A DNA stretch of 60,743 bases, counting the filler, from Hydrolagus affinis (taxonomy: Eukaryota), in the NCBI GenBank assembly GCA_012026655.1. It is 4 parts of 4 records of this genome, joined end to end, with 100 filler letters (N's around TTAATTAATTAA, not from the genome) between each part and the next. Parts side by side here need not be neighbours in the genome. Positions count along the whole stretch, not along the records: positions 29,915 to 48,324 come from JAAILG010014822.1; 3 more parts are not named here. One strand, given 5' to 3'. Of this stretch, positions 36,680-48,424 are shown one piece after another. The notes below the pieces were generated by a model. The model saw only the letters and a program-made list of their open reading frames with translations. It had not been told where the DNA came from and did no database searches. The position numbers were made by a program, and so were the translations under genes. How positions within the stretch are numbered: position 1 is the first letter of the stretch; each line of letters begins with the position of its first letter.

Positions 36680-37000
36680 AATAATCCTTGCATTTAATAT
36701 GGCGCTTTTCAGATTGTATCGACGTCTCAAAGCGCTTGACAGAATTTACTGTAAAATGAAATAACTGTATATTTGTGGGTAAAATGCGGCAGCTAGTTGC
36801 GCACATCAATGTACCCTACCAACAGACTTTGATTGAAATCATCAATTTTTATTACTTTTTTTTGTGTTTTAGCGATTATTATTATTAGGCGTGTGGAGTA
36901 AGGAAACTTGCGCAAGGTTTCTCCCTGACTTGCCTCGATTCGCTTCACAGGTCTCAAGCTGGTAAAGCGACTGCTCTAACAACTGAGCTACAGGATGTCA
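36680..37000 (-). mobile_element. tRNA-derived SINE, near full length
   Basis: Minus strand reads CCTGTAGCTCAGTTGTTAGAGCAGTCGCTTTACCAGC..CGAATCGAGGCAAG..CTTGCGCAAGTTTCCTTACTCCACACGC..AAGGATTATT. Confidence 0.85.
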
Positions 37001-37726
37001 CTCAAATGCTCAACCGCAGCAATTGGTGTACGCACATAGCAGTAGCTTCCATACTGAGACACACATTAACAGAGGCACAGAACAAAGAATGATAATTATA
37101 AAAGTGAAATCAGACGGCTATCTTAAACGGCGAACCCGAGAGGAAACTGCACGGTAAAATTCTGAGAACGTGACTCCAAGGAAATCTCTTGGAGCTGTAT
37201 TAAAATTTAAGTAGCATTGAAAAAGTAAACACAAAATAATATTTTAGGTCGAACCCAAAGACAAGAACAAACTCAGGGTTGATGGCAAGATGTTTAGCTT
37301 TACTGAGAAGGGAGTGAACAATTTGAACTGCTTAACAAATATGGTAATTAAGGCAAAGAATATTGGGTGCTTTTAAATAAAATGTTGTTGATTTGCTGTG
37401 GAAATGGCAGTATTGAAAGCAGCCTGATTATGCCTGAGAGACTTCTCAAAGCACTTCCCAGAATAATAATAATCCTTGTATTTCATAGAGCGCCTTTCAC
37501 TTCTCAATTTCCAGACTTCTCAATATACTCTAAAATGCATTGACTGTATCATTTGTTGGACAACTTTGACACAGGATCGAACATCTCAATAAAAAAAGCA
37601 GTCTGCTTCTGAATGCTAGGCGAACACATGCCATTATCTTGGAGTCAAATGCACACGCTCAAGATTTCGAGGTAAATTATCAAACTACTACTCCACAGGC
37701 CTGCATGTTGGCATGCTGATAGAATC

Positions 37727-37930
37727 AATCATAGAATCATAGAATCGTAGAATCGTAGAACCTTACGGCACAAATGGGGGCCATTCAGCCCATCGAGTCT
37801 GTGCCAGAACTTTGAAAAGAGCAATTCAATCCCACTCCCCAGCTCTCTCCCCATAACCACGCAAACCCATCCTCCCCAAGCAGATGAACAGTTTCGCTCA
37901 AACACGTTATGAAAACTTACCGGTTCATGT
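37727..37930 (-). mobile_element. CR1 3' end with (CATAGAAT)n tail
   Basis: Tandem ATAGAATC repeats at 37729-37760 and GGCCATTCAGCCCATCGAGTCTG, as in other CR1 ends here. Confidence 0.8.
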
Positions 37931-39379
37931 GCTGCCTTCCAGTTCATTCTTCATCTGATACGTCTCAAACACGTGATATGACGATATTTCAAACTCATGG
38001 ATTATTACTATTATCATTAATATCAAAACAGATTGAAGATTCAAGCAGGGTTTGTAAGACACCACTGTGCGCAATTGTCTGCTGCACGTTGCATACATAT
38101 ATACAGTCAATTCACTTTACAGTATATTGTGTGAAGCGCTTTGAGACGTTTCGAAGACATCAAGGATGCAAGTATTATTTTAATTATTTTGCATTTTTAC
38201 CATTATTACGACTTTCATGCAGTTTGAACTGAGCTGGTAAGGATACTTGGGTCAATATCTATCTCGCTACTAAAATGATTAATGGGACTTTCATCATTTA
38301 TCATCAGCATGGCAGAAACGCGCAAAATGGAGTTCAGTATATAATCTCACTCTAGATGCAAAAATAGGTAGTGAGGGCTTGGGACCGGGTGGTGGGAACG
38401 GGGTGATTATGTCTGTGGGAAACAGTTCAAGTGTGCATGTAAGACTGGAAGAGAGAGTGAGAGACAGAGATTGAGATAGAGAGGAGGACTGGTGCAGAGA
38501 GAGAGACTCTCTGAGTTTGTGTGTGTGTTGATGTGTGTGTGTGCGCGCACGAGATAGAAGCGATTTATGGGGGTTGTGGCGGGGAGAGATAGAGGAACAC
38601 ATGAGGGAAGAGAGAAGCAAAGAAAGTTGAAAAAATGTGACTGATGGTTTTGTCTGCTGTCGGGCAGCCTGCAAGTCGTCTTTAGATTACCTGATGTGAG
38701 TAGGGAAATATACACAAACCCACCGACAGAGAAACCATACAGATCCGTTGTTACAGCTCAAATACTTTAGCTCACCTCGCTTTCCTCTCACATTTTCACA
38801 CTGTTTGTCTACTGTTAGTTTTTCTCGTTGTGTTAGTTTCCATCAAATCAACGTGAAACTGGAGAAGTGAGTGACTGCATGATAAGGTCAAAATGAGGGG
38901 AATGATTAGATGTAGAGTTTAGGGTATGGATGTATGAGTGTAAGGTCGGTACAAGGTAGAGGTGGTGTACTAGTGAGTGTGAGCTTCACAAGGTTGGGAT
39001 ATTATAACAATCCTTTCATTAGATGATGCTCCTTATTATGCTTACAGACGCCTCAAAGCGTTTTACATGAGAAAACACTAAATCTAGTGACAGTATGTGA
39101 GTGTACTTATTACAAAGCAACAGAGACGTGCGCATGGAGTAAGAAAATTTGCCACACGTTTCATTCTCGCTAGCGATGGATATCTGTGTCAATAGATTTC
39201 TAAGCAAATCCTCTAAACTCTACAGTAAACTATCGCGTTGCCATGTGGGATGACTGACGTCCCTCCATCGACTACTTAAGGTCGTTATTGGTTTATATCA
39301 GTTCTCTGACACGAATATACTACATATTCGTCTGCCGTATCCAGAAGACGTGATAAGGCGTCATATAAAATTTAGTAGA

Positions 39380-40600
39380 AGAGGAGAGGTAGGGTAGGGA
39401 GAGTGCTAGGGAAAATTCTTGATTCCTTATTCAAAATCGTCGCTATGGGATACCTGGAAACCCATAACAGGATTAAGCAGATTGTGCATGGCTTTACAAA
39501 AGGGACGTCATGCTTAACAAATTTTTTTGAGTTTTTTGAGGATGTTTCTCGCAGGTTGGATAGAGGGGAACTAGTAGATGTGGTATATTTAGCTTTTTAA
39601 GTAGGCATCTGATAAAGTGCCACACAAAAGTCTATTGCACAACGTCAAGGCCCACGGGATGAATGAGAACATATTAGCATGGGTAGAAGAGTGGCTAAGG
39701 TGTAGAAAACAGAGATTTGGGATAAAATTGGGTCATTCTGGAATTGGCTGGATGTAAGTAGCGGAATGCCACAAGGATCACTGCTTGGGCCTCAGCTATT
39801 TACAATTTACATCAATGATCTAGAGGAGGACATTGAATGTAACGTGTCTAATTTTGCGGATGACACAAAACTAGGTAGCAGTGTGAGCACTGAGGATGAT
39901 GCAAAAATATCGCAATGGGATATAGGTAGGCCAAGTGAGTGGGTGAGTAGGTGGCAGATAGAAGTTAATGTGGGGAACTGTGAAATTATTCACATTGGTC
40001 GCAAAAATAAAGAAACAAATTATTTTCTAGATATTGTTAATGTACAAAGGGAATTCGGTGTCCTTGTAAACCAGGCTCAGAAACTTAGATAGCATGTGCA
40101 GCAAGCAACCAAGAAGGCAATCGCCAAGTTAGCGTTCAATGCAAAAGGTTTTGAATACAAGAGTAGGGATGTCTTGCTGTAACTATATAGGGCTTTGGTG
40201 AGACCGCACCTAGAGTATTGCGTGCAGTTTTCGTCTCCTTATTTAATAAAGGACATACATGCATTAGAGGGGGTGCAGCGTAGATTCACCAGGTTAGTTC
40301 CTCGGATGATGGCACTGTCCTATGAGGATAGGTTCAATAAACTAGGGCTGTATTCTCGAGAGTACAGGTGATTTAGGGGAGATCTTACTGAAACGTATCA
40401 GATTCTTATAGGGCTGGATAAAGTAGACTGTTACCCCTGGTTGGATAATCTATAACCATGGGTCATAATCTTAAAATTAAGGGCCAGCCTTTTAGAAAAG
40501 AGTTGAGGAAACATTTCTTCACTCAGAGGGCGGTGAATTTATGGAATTCACTACCACAGAAGGTTGCAGATAGTCATTTCTTGAGCATTTTCATGGCTCA
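39380..40600 (+). mobile_element. CR1 LINE fragment (RT core and C-terminus, decayed)
   Basis: HGFTKGTSCLTNFFEFFEDV..LDRGELVDVVYL; PQGSLLGPQLFTIYINDLE; FADDTKLG; LVRPHLEYCVQF; LSYEDR. Confidence 0.92.
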
Positions 40601-40636
40601 GACTTGCAGATTTTTTTTAGTGTAGAGCGATTAGTG

Positions 40637-40736
40637 NNNNNNNNNNNNNNNNNNNNNNNNNNNNNNNNNNNNNNNNNNNNNNNNNNNNNNNNNNNNNNNN
40701 NNNNNNNNNNNNNNNNNNNNNNNNNNNNNNNNNNNN
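40637..40736. other. Assembly gap (100 N)
   Basis: N-run. Confidence 0.95.
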
Positions 40737-41649
40737 GCCTACTCAAGCTACTGATTCTTATGTCCCTATGTTTTTGTGAGAGAAATGGGAAGGGATGGAG
40801 AGGGCTGGGAGGGGTGGGAAGGAGTTGGGAGGGGAAAGAGGGAGTTGCTAGAGGAGGGAGAGAGTTGGGAGGGGAGTGAGAGAGTTGGAAGGTGTAGGGG
40901 GAGTTTTTGGAGAGGTAGGCGGAGGATAGCATGAGAATTGACCTGTGCAGTTAGGTATGGACAGGAGCATGGGGGAGGGGTCGTGGCAGGATGAGAAGTA
41001 GAGGGAAATTTGACTGTATAACTGTGGGCGAAACGCGGCACCGAAACTTAGAGAAACTAAAGCGCAGATTGTGATTTAAGGTGTCTTTCTGCCCAGAGAC
41101 ATTTGCAGACAAAACTCCTCTACAGAAATTCTGTTGCTGTGCGGATGTTTTTCTCTGTTTTGCAGTTAATTGTTTCAACAGTTTCAGCATGGAGTTTGAT
41201 GTGGTTTTTGCTTTCTCTCTGGTAACGCTGCTAATGCTGACACCGCAACGGTCCAGCTATACTCATGTTTGTTTCTTTTTCCATTTGAAACCATGTCGAG
41301 TATTAACTGTTTCACGTACTTGAATTTAAGAGCATACTGACTCAATACATGGAGAAACTTCATTCTCTTTCGCCAGTCCCACAGTGGAATTGTTGATACC
41401 TGTCCTGAACGTGGCACAGACTTTATCACTAATTAACAGCTGACATCAAAGGCCTAGAAAACGAAAGACAGAGAGAGAATGAATATGGTGGCATGTGATG
41501 CATTTTGTGTGTGAGAGAAGAGAGAGAGAGAATTCAGTCGAAAACAGACACCAAAAGACTCGAGAATTCTTTCCGCGGGTTTGGTTTGCTTTTAGGAAGT
41601 AAGTTTAGAATAATTGAATTGATGAGAAGAATTTTATCGTGAGTGCAAT

Positions 41650-42545
41650 AGTCTGCAAGTTCTGACTAACCTTTTGAAAAAAATTGTTAGGCCTAAGATG
41701 GATTACTGTGTTCAATTCTGGTCAGCACATTTTAGGAAAGATGAAAAGGCATTCGAAATGGTGCAGAATAGATATACCAGGATGCTACTAGGAAAGATGG
41801 ACTTCAGCTATGAGGAAAGGCTAGAGAGGCTAGATTGATTCTTAGTGGAGCAGAGAAGGTTACGAAAAGGGTTACCGCTCGATAGCCAGAAGATTCGTTT
41901 GTCCGAAGCTTCCCCTAACCCTAACCGTAACCCTAACCCTAAGCCTAACCGTAACCCTACCATTTGGATTAATGAACCTTCGGACGTTCGCACCAAATGT
42001 TCGGATTAACAAAACTTATTTCAAAGTCGGTTCGGACTATAGAGCGGTAACCACGGTAACCCCCCCTGATATAGGAAATTTGTGCGTCGGACTATCAAAC
42101 CTTCGGACTAATGAACCTTCAGACTATCGAACCTTCAGACCATTGAGTGCTCCCCACGATGAGACCTAACAGAGGTTTTCAAAATCATGAGGAGATTCGA
42201 TGGGGAAAACAGGAAAAAATTGTTTCCACTTTTGGATGTATCAGTGACTCGTGGTCACAGATTTTAAATAATTTCAAACAGAAGCAGAGGGCAGTTGAGG
42301 TGATTTTTTTTACCCAGCGAGTTGATCGAATCTGGAATGCATTTCCTGAAAAGCTGTTGGAAGCAGATTTTATATCAACATTCAAAAGAGAGGGAGACAT
42401 CTATTAGTGGAGGACGGGCTTGCGAGGTTATGGGGAGAGAGCTGGGGGGTGGGATTGAATTGCTCTTTTCAATGAGCCGGCACAGACTCGATGGGCTGAA
42501 TGGCCTCCGTTTGTGCCGTAGGATACCGGTACTATGATTCCATGA
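41650..42545 (+). mobile_element. CR1 3' fragment interrupted by a short insertion
   Basis: GGATTACTGTGTTCAATTCTGGTCAGCACAT..AGCTATGAGGAAAGGCTAGAGAGGCT..GAGCAGAGAAGGTTA resumes as GAGACCTAACAGAGGTTTTCAAAATCATGAG after about 42158. Confidence 0.8.
41863..42158. mobile_element. MITE-like insertion containing telomere-type repeats
   Basis: Imperfect terminal inverted repeats, four AACCTTC(G/A)GAC repeats and eight CCCTAA-like units at 41913-41960. Confidence 0.5.
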
Positions 42546-43159
42546 AATATAGGCACATATGCCCACAGGGAAGCCACATAGATTGACAGCTCGCAATGTT
42601 GATCTCACCTTTATTCCACATTTCAACTTTCCACAGTTGGTATGTATTTTTTTCTATTTTTCTCTTTATGTTAATCTCTGCCACTGTAACAGAAACTGAT
42701 ATAGTTGAGAGCCGTCTGGCGAGGTTCTGGGTTAGGATGAGGTGTACAGTAATGATCATTGTTAGATGTTATATTAGTGGATGCACCAGGAGTAGAGGTG
42801 GTACCTGTGATTGTAAACTTCACAAAATTGGGATGTTATAATGATCCTTACATTTAATGAAGCGCGATATCATGCCTTTGAGTCATATCAAAGCGTTTCA
42901 CATGATATAGTGTAAAATATGGAGACTATAATGTGTGGACCAAATCTGGAAGAAAATTACACATGTACCGTTGTATGGACATACTGAACAAAGAGTATCT
43001 TTTATGGAACTGTTATGTCCACGGGAATGTGATATGATAATCATCCAACAAGTGGTTCCCACTTATTAATAAGCAAAAAGCAGTGTGTTTGTTGAGAAAG
43101 GAAAGTTGCTGATGTTTCCTTCTCCGAAGCGATCGATCCTTGGGTTCTCTACGTTGAGA

Positions 43160-43830
43160 ATAACAACAACAAACGTATATTGATAGAGCGCCATTCTCGT
43201 CGGGAGGACGTCGCAAGGCCCTGAATAGTTAGGTCGGGTCTCGAACAGGGGTTTGTGAGTATCGTTCGGAATGGGAGGAAGAAGAGTAAGAAACAGGTGA
43301 GAGTTTGGAGGAGAGTGTGGGGGAGTTGGGAGGGGTGCGACAAAGTTGTTAGGGGTGGGGGGAGAGCTGGGATGGAAGGAGTGAGTTGGGAGACGAGGGA
43401 GAGAGTTGGGATGGGAGGTAGAGATTTGGGAGGGGAAGGACAGAGTTGGGAGGGGAGGGGTGAGAATTGGTAGGGCAAAGGAGAGAGTTAAAATGGGAAG
43501 CAGAGTAGTGAAAGGAAAGAGTTGGGAGGGGAGAAGGAGAGTGTTGGCAGGGGATGGAGAAGCTTGGCACGGGAGGGAGAGTATGAAAGAGGGGAGAGTT
43601 AGGAGGGCTGAGAGTACGACAGGTGGGGGGTGGGGAAGGGAGGGAGAGAGTTGGGAGGAGCAGGAGAGGAAGGGATTGGGGAGAGTCAGGAGGGGAGCAA
43701 AAGACACGATCGAAACAGATGGTCTTGAGACCAGCCTCGAAGGAGGAAAGGAAGGTAGCGTGGCGAAGGGATTGAGAAGCGAATGCTCCAACCACAAAAT
43801 TACAGTGCTACATATTGGCATTTAGTTGAC
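43160..43830 (-). mobile_element. LINE2 3' fragment with an expanded purine-rich (GGGAGAGAGTTG-like) tract
   Basis: SSFEAGLKTICFDRVF motif, about 400 bp of low-complexity G/A repeats, then the AGAGCGCC..CGTCGGGAGGACGTCGCAAGG tail. Confidence 0.75.
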
Positions 43831-43924
43831 CAATTTCACTCTATCGTCTTCATAGAAATTCACGTTTATTGTTCTGCCTTCCAGTTCTCTGATACTAATG
43901 CGTTTGCAACTGAATATTCTGTAG

Positions 43925-44290
43925 CTCCTGTAGCTCAGTGGCTGAAGCGCTCGCCTTACAAGCGTGAGACCGTTTTCGAATCCAGGCAGGTCAGGGCGAA
44001 AACTTGGGCAAATTTCTTTTCTCCCCACACACATGGCTTATAATAATCTCCTAAAAACCTAATCCAAATAATAAAATCGATCTATCCAATCCACGATTGT
44101 TTGCGGATGGTTGACGATTGTACAATTGGGGACGGTACTGTGCGCCATCGTTTGCCGCGTTTCGCTCTCCCACAAATTTTCAGTCGATTCACACTACAGT
44201 GTATTCTGTGAAGCGCTTTCACACGTCGATTAGATGTGAAAAGCGCTGTATCAATTGCGACGATTATTCTTATTATATTAATCAGGAGCA
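43925..44290 (+). mobile_element. tRNA-derived SINE, best-preserved head
   Basis: CTCCTGTAGCTCAGTGGCTGAAGCGCTCGCCTTACAAGCGTGAGACCGTTTTCGAATCCAGGCAGGTCAGGGCGAAA..GTGAAAAGCGCTGTATCAA. Confidence 0.85.
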
Positions 44291-45475
44291 ACTTAAAGAC
44301 GTCAGAAGGCACCATATAAAATGCAAGGTTTCTTTTAAAAAAAAAGTTATCAGTAACAACAGACAAAAAACAGCAGATTGGAGACTCAAAGGGGTTTTCT
44401 ATGGAGAAAAACTCGGAGACAACATTCTAGTACAGAAATTCAGTTCTGACGACGCGTCATGAACGCGAAACGTTGACTCGCTTTACTTTCTCCATGGATG
44501 CTGCTTGACCTGCTGAGTTTCCCCACCAACTTCTGTTTTTGTTATAAAAATTCTGGTGTTGTGCTCAGTTGTTTACCATTCTTTTGCAGTTGTTTGTTTG
44601 AGCGTATTTAGAAGCCTGATTGATGTGGTTTGCGCTTTGTCTCTACCAATGATGGTAAGCTAGTAACCGTATCAATGTTTCAGCGTTGTGGTGGTTGGGC
44701 TGGGGTTGGGGGTGTGTGAGGAGTGGGGGAGGGATTGATGTGTCTCTAAGAAGCAAAGTGAGTGAGCGGGAAGTATACTGGAAATGTGAGCGATAAGTTA
44801 AATAAAATTAATAAGGCTTGCATATGGTATGGTGCTTTTCATGTCTTCTAGACGTCTCAAAGCGCATACTATAAAGCGAATTGTCTGTACATTGGTGGAC
44901 GAAATGTGACATTGAACTGCGCACAGCAACATCCACACAAAGAGTCGTGACTTTAAATGACATTTTTTTTTTGTTAGGATTATTATTAGGTGTTCGGATT
45001 GAAACTTGCCAAATGTGTTGCACTGCCTTGATTCGAACAAATGCTTGTAACTCGAGTAATCTAAGCACTGAGCTACAGTTCTCCATGTTATGTTTACGGT
45101 AGAGAGATAAACTGTTCGGGACAGGGATACATAAAGAATTAAGAAAATAAATATCACACAAAAAAGCTGGTTTTGTCTGCTTTTGGGAATCAAATCTTGA
45201 TTCGGTGATCTAATGTGTTGAGGGAAAGATGCACTTATTTTTCTGCAGGCATATATATAGTTCACCTCTCCATCTCTTTGCTTTATTCCAATTTTAGATT
45301 CTCGGGTTGTCTGTTTCTTTCTTATCTGCTTGTGCTAATTTCTACCAAATAAGCGAGTAGCTGATGGAGGCAATGGGGTGTATGGGAAATCTCAGGGTTA
45401 GTGTCAAGATTAACATTAAGGTTAGGGATAGAGGAATAAACATATTATGTTTATTGGTGTAGCTGATAAATCATA

Positions 45476-46065
45476 GAATGTTACGGCATAAAAGGAGGCC
45501 ATTCGGCCCATCGAGTCTCTGCTGGCTCTTTGAAAAGAGGAATTTAATCCACAGCTCTCTCCCCATGAACGCACAAGTCGCCCTCTCCAAATAAATATCC
45601 ACCTCTCTTTTAAAACATGTTATCTAATCGGCCGCTATCACCTTTTCAGGCAATGCATTCCATATTCAAACAATTTGCTGAGTGAAAACATTTCTCCTCA
45701 CAAACGCTCTCATTTAAAAAAAAAAATATTTTAAATCTGGAACCAAGAGTCACTGTTACACCCACCAGTGGAAACAATTCATCCTCATCTACTCTGTCGA
45801 ATACTCTCATGATCTTAATAAAAAGTCAATTAGCTCTCCTCGTTACCTTCTCTTTTCCAATGAGAATAAAACTAGTCTCTCTAGCCTTTCCTCATAGCTG
45901 AATTCCCTCATTCCTGGTACCATCCTGGTGAATCTTCTCTGCACTCTTTCCAATGCCTTTAACATCCTTCCTAAAGTGTGGTGACCAAAATTGAACACAG
46001 TAATTCAGCTGAAGCCCAACCACAGTTTTATAGAATTTATTCATCTTTGAGTCATCTGCAAACAT
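45476..46065 (-). mobile_element. CR1 3' fragment
   Basis: FYKTVVGLQLNYCVQFWSPHFRKDVK reading; CATAGAATG tail at 45471. Confidence 0.85.
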
Positions 46066-46404
46066 CTGCGTGGTCAAGAGTTTTAGCTCCTTTTGGGACG
46101 AGGTATTGCTAGAGACGGGCGATACGACATAGGTGGTAAAAAGCGGTGCTGGTTAGGGATCGGATTTGGTGGAGCATGCCTCTGTATGCCTTTGACCGAC
46201 AGCCACCCGCTCCTCCACCGTTCAACCCCACCCCTACACGTAAACCCCCACCCCTCCACCAACACAACGCCTCAACTCTCACTTTAACTCTCCCTCTGAG
46301 CCTTTCAGATTATAGACTACATTGAGGTACAGCTTGTTGATAATCCGTATGGAGGCAAGGTCAAAGGTTGAGGAGTAGCTGCATGTAGCCATGAAACTCA
46401 ACTA

Positions 46405-47710
46405 ATTCGAAATTCTGCCGCCCGCATTCTCACCCGCATCAAACTTCTCTCCCTGATTACCAGTGACATTGCCAGACTTTCTTGGCTCCCGATCCCGGAG
46501 AGGATCGATTTGAAGATCCTCACCCTAGTTTTCAAATCCCTCCACGCCTCTGCAAACCCCTATCTCTCTGATCTCCTCTGTCCTCGAAGCAGCATTCGTT
46601 GCTTTCCTCCGCTGGGTCTGGTCTCCTCCATGTACCCTGAATCCTCCGCTCTACCCTCGGCGGCCGTGCATTCAGCTGCTACGACCCGAGAATCTGGAAC
46701 ATCTTTCCTCACTACCTTCCCATCGCACCCTCTCTTGCCAGTTTCAGGTCCCAGCTAAAGACCTTTCTCTTCGAGCGCGCCTTATGTCACCTTTCTACTT
46801 ATCCCCCTGTATCGTTTCCGTGATCCTTTGATTTGAAGCGCTCTGAGACGCCATTCTGCATGGAGTGCGCAAAATAAATCGAAGTTATTGTTATTGTTAC
46901 ATCCAAAGCTGGTTTCCTCAAGAGACAAAAAATCAAAACACTAAAGAAATTCTGCTGTTGTGCTCAACTGTTTTTCTTCCTTTTGCCATGAAATATTTAA
47001 GGACAAATTGCATTGAGAATAGTTTCGTTTGTGTTTTATATCCTGCAATATTGCTAAACAAACACAACACAATGGATCAGCTGCAACAACAACAAATTTT
47101 GTCCCTTAAGTTTCCCTGATTCTATGATTATATGCCTTAGTGGCCTCTCGACTGCAGTACTGAAATGCCCTACTCGCTGTTCTCCCCTCCACCGTATTCC
47201 ATTAAATCGAGCTCATGCTGAACACTGCCGCCCGCATTCTCATTCGTACAAAGCTTCGCTGCCACATTTCCCCAGTTCTTGCCAGACTTCACTGGCTCTC
47301 TGTACCGGAGAGGATTGATTTCAAAATCATCACCTTAGTCTTTAAATCTCTCCACTCCTCTGCACGCCCCTACTTCTCCGACCTCTTCTCCCCTCAAAGC
47401 AGCACCGGTTTCCTTCGCTCCTCCGGTTCTGGCCTCTTCCTTGCCGCCGAATCCTCTGATCCACCATCGGCGACCGTTCATTCAGCCACTACGACCCGAA
47501 GCTCTGGATATTCCTTCCTCATTCTCTTCACCTCGCCCCCTCACTTCATTGCTTCTGGTCTCGTCTACAGAACTTTTTTTTCTACAGCGTCTTCAGTCGT
47601 CTTTTTCTCGTGCCCCTGGCTCAGTCACGGATTCCGTTATTGTGAACCACTCTGAGATGCTGCCCAGCGTGGATGGCGCTATATAACTCGAAATTGTTAT
47701 TGTTGTTGTA
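46405..47710 (+). mobile_element. Two tandem LINE2 3' fragments (about 46405-46895 and 47130-47710)
   Basis: NTAARILIRTKLRCHISPVLARLHWLSVPERIDFKIITLVFKSLH..PY.SDL in both copies. Confidence 0.85.
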
Positions 47711-47789
47711 CAAACAGACAAACAGTGAGAGCGACACAGAGAGAATGGGACAACGTTCAGATGAGAATGGTGTGTGTGCGAGAGAGTTA

Positions 47790-47793
<4 letters not shown>

Positions 47794-47823
<30 letters not shown>
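47794..47823. repeat. (GA)n microsatellite
   Basis: About 15 perfect GA units. Confidence 0.95.
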
Positions 47824-47825
<2 letters not shown>

Positions 47826-48114
47826 ATATTGAGACCTTATAATAATCGTTACAATTCATAAAATCCCTTATCACGTGTTCGTGACGCCTGAAAGCGCTAC
47901 ACAAGCTCACACGGTTTATCCCAACTGTGCAGATTTACAGTGGGCGGGCGTGTAGATGACAGATGTGTTGCTTGTCCAGTACAAGACATCATGAGCTGTG
48001 CTGCTTTCCTGTGGTCAATGCAGAAAGATTGTGCTTTTTCTTGCAGGGAAGTAAGTGTTTGAGGATCGCAGAGCTCGGTGATCAAAGCAAGAGATGCTCC
48101 TGACACCTCCACCC

Positions 48115-48211
48115 ATGGAAACCTCCACAACCCTCTCAAGACACAGACACAAGCCTTCACGTTTTGCTTCTTGTCAGCTTCTCCTCATTCTCAAAATGCT
48201 TCTACCAATCT
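48115..48211 (+). CDS. Orphan leader-like exon (METSTTLSRHRHKPSRFASCQLLLILKMLLPI)
   Basis: cccATGG start, open 97 nt, phase-1 consensus donor gtgagt, ETS-RUNX TTCCTGTGGT at 48006-48015; the gap begins 113 nt downstream. Confidence 0.3.
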
Positions 48212-48324
48212 GTGAGTATTGTTACAGAAGCAATCACGGAGACGTTATTTGTATCTTATTCGACTCCTAACTGTCCTCCACCCCACACAGTTGTGCCATG
48301 ATCCGCTATGCCATTCTCCAATTC

Positions 48325-48424
48325 NNNNNNNNNNNNNNNNNNNNNNNNNNNNNNNNNNNNNNNNNNNNTTAATTAATTAANNNNNNNNNNNNNNNNNNNN
48401 NNNNNNNNNNNNNNNNNNNNNNNN
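48325..48424. other. Assembly gap with TTAATTAATTAA filler
   Basis: Filler at 48369-48380. Confidence 0.95.

Noticed and set aside
41189-41260. Leader-like MEFDVVFAFSLVTLLMLTP
   Set aside because: No phase-1 consensus donor and no downstream plus-strand Ig exon.
43066-43821. 251-aa Pro/Leu/Ser-rich ORF and overlapping Gly/Arg-rich ORFs
   Set aside because: Translations of a low-complexity purine tract inside an L2 remnant.
43925-43990. tRNA genes (also about 5695, 7620-7670, 36950-37000, 57695)
   Set aside because: A/B boxes are present but there is no proper acceptor stem, and each continues into the same SINE body and tail.
44798-44830. ITIM-like IPYASL at the end of ORF 44798-45265
   Set aside because: It derives from the SINE 3' tail (AAAAGCACCATACCATATGCAAG) and has no supporting splice acceptor.
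48047-48050. 4-nt micro-exon (ttgcag|GGAA|gtaagt)
   Set aside because: No flanking exons to join; equally explained as an Ets GGAAGT site.
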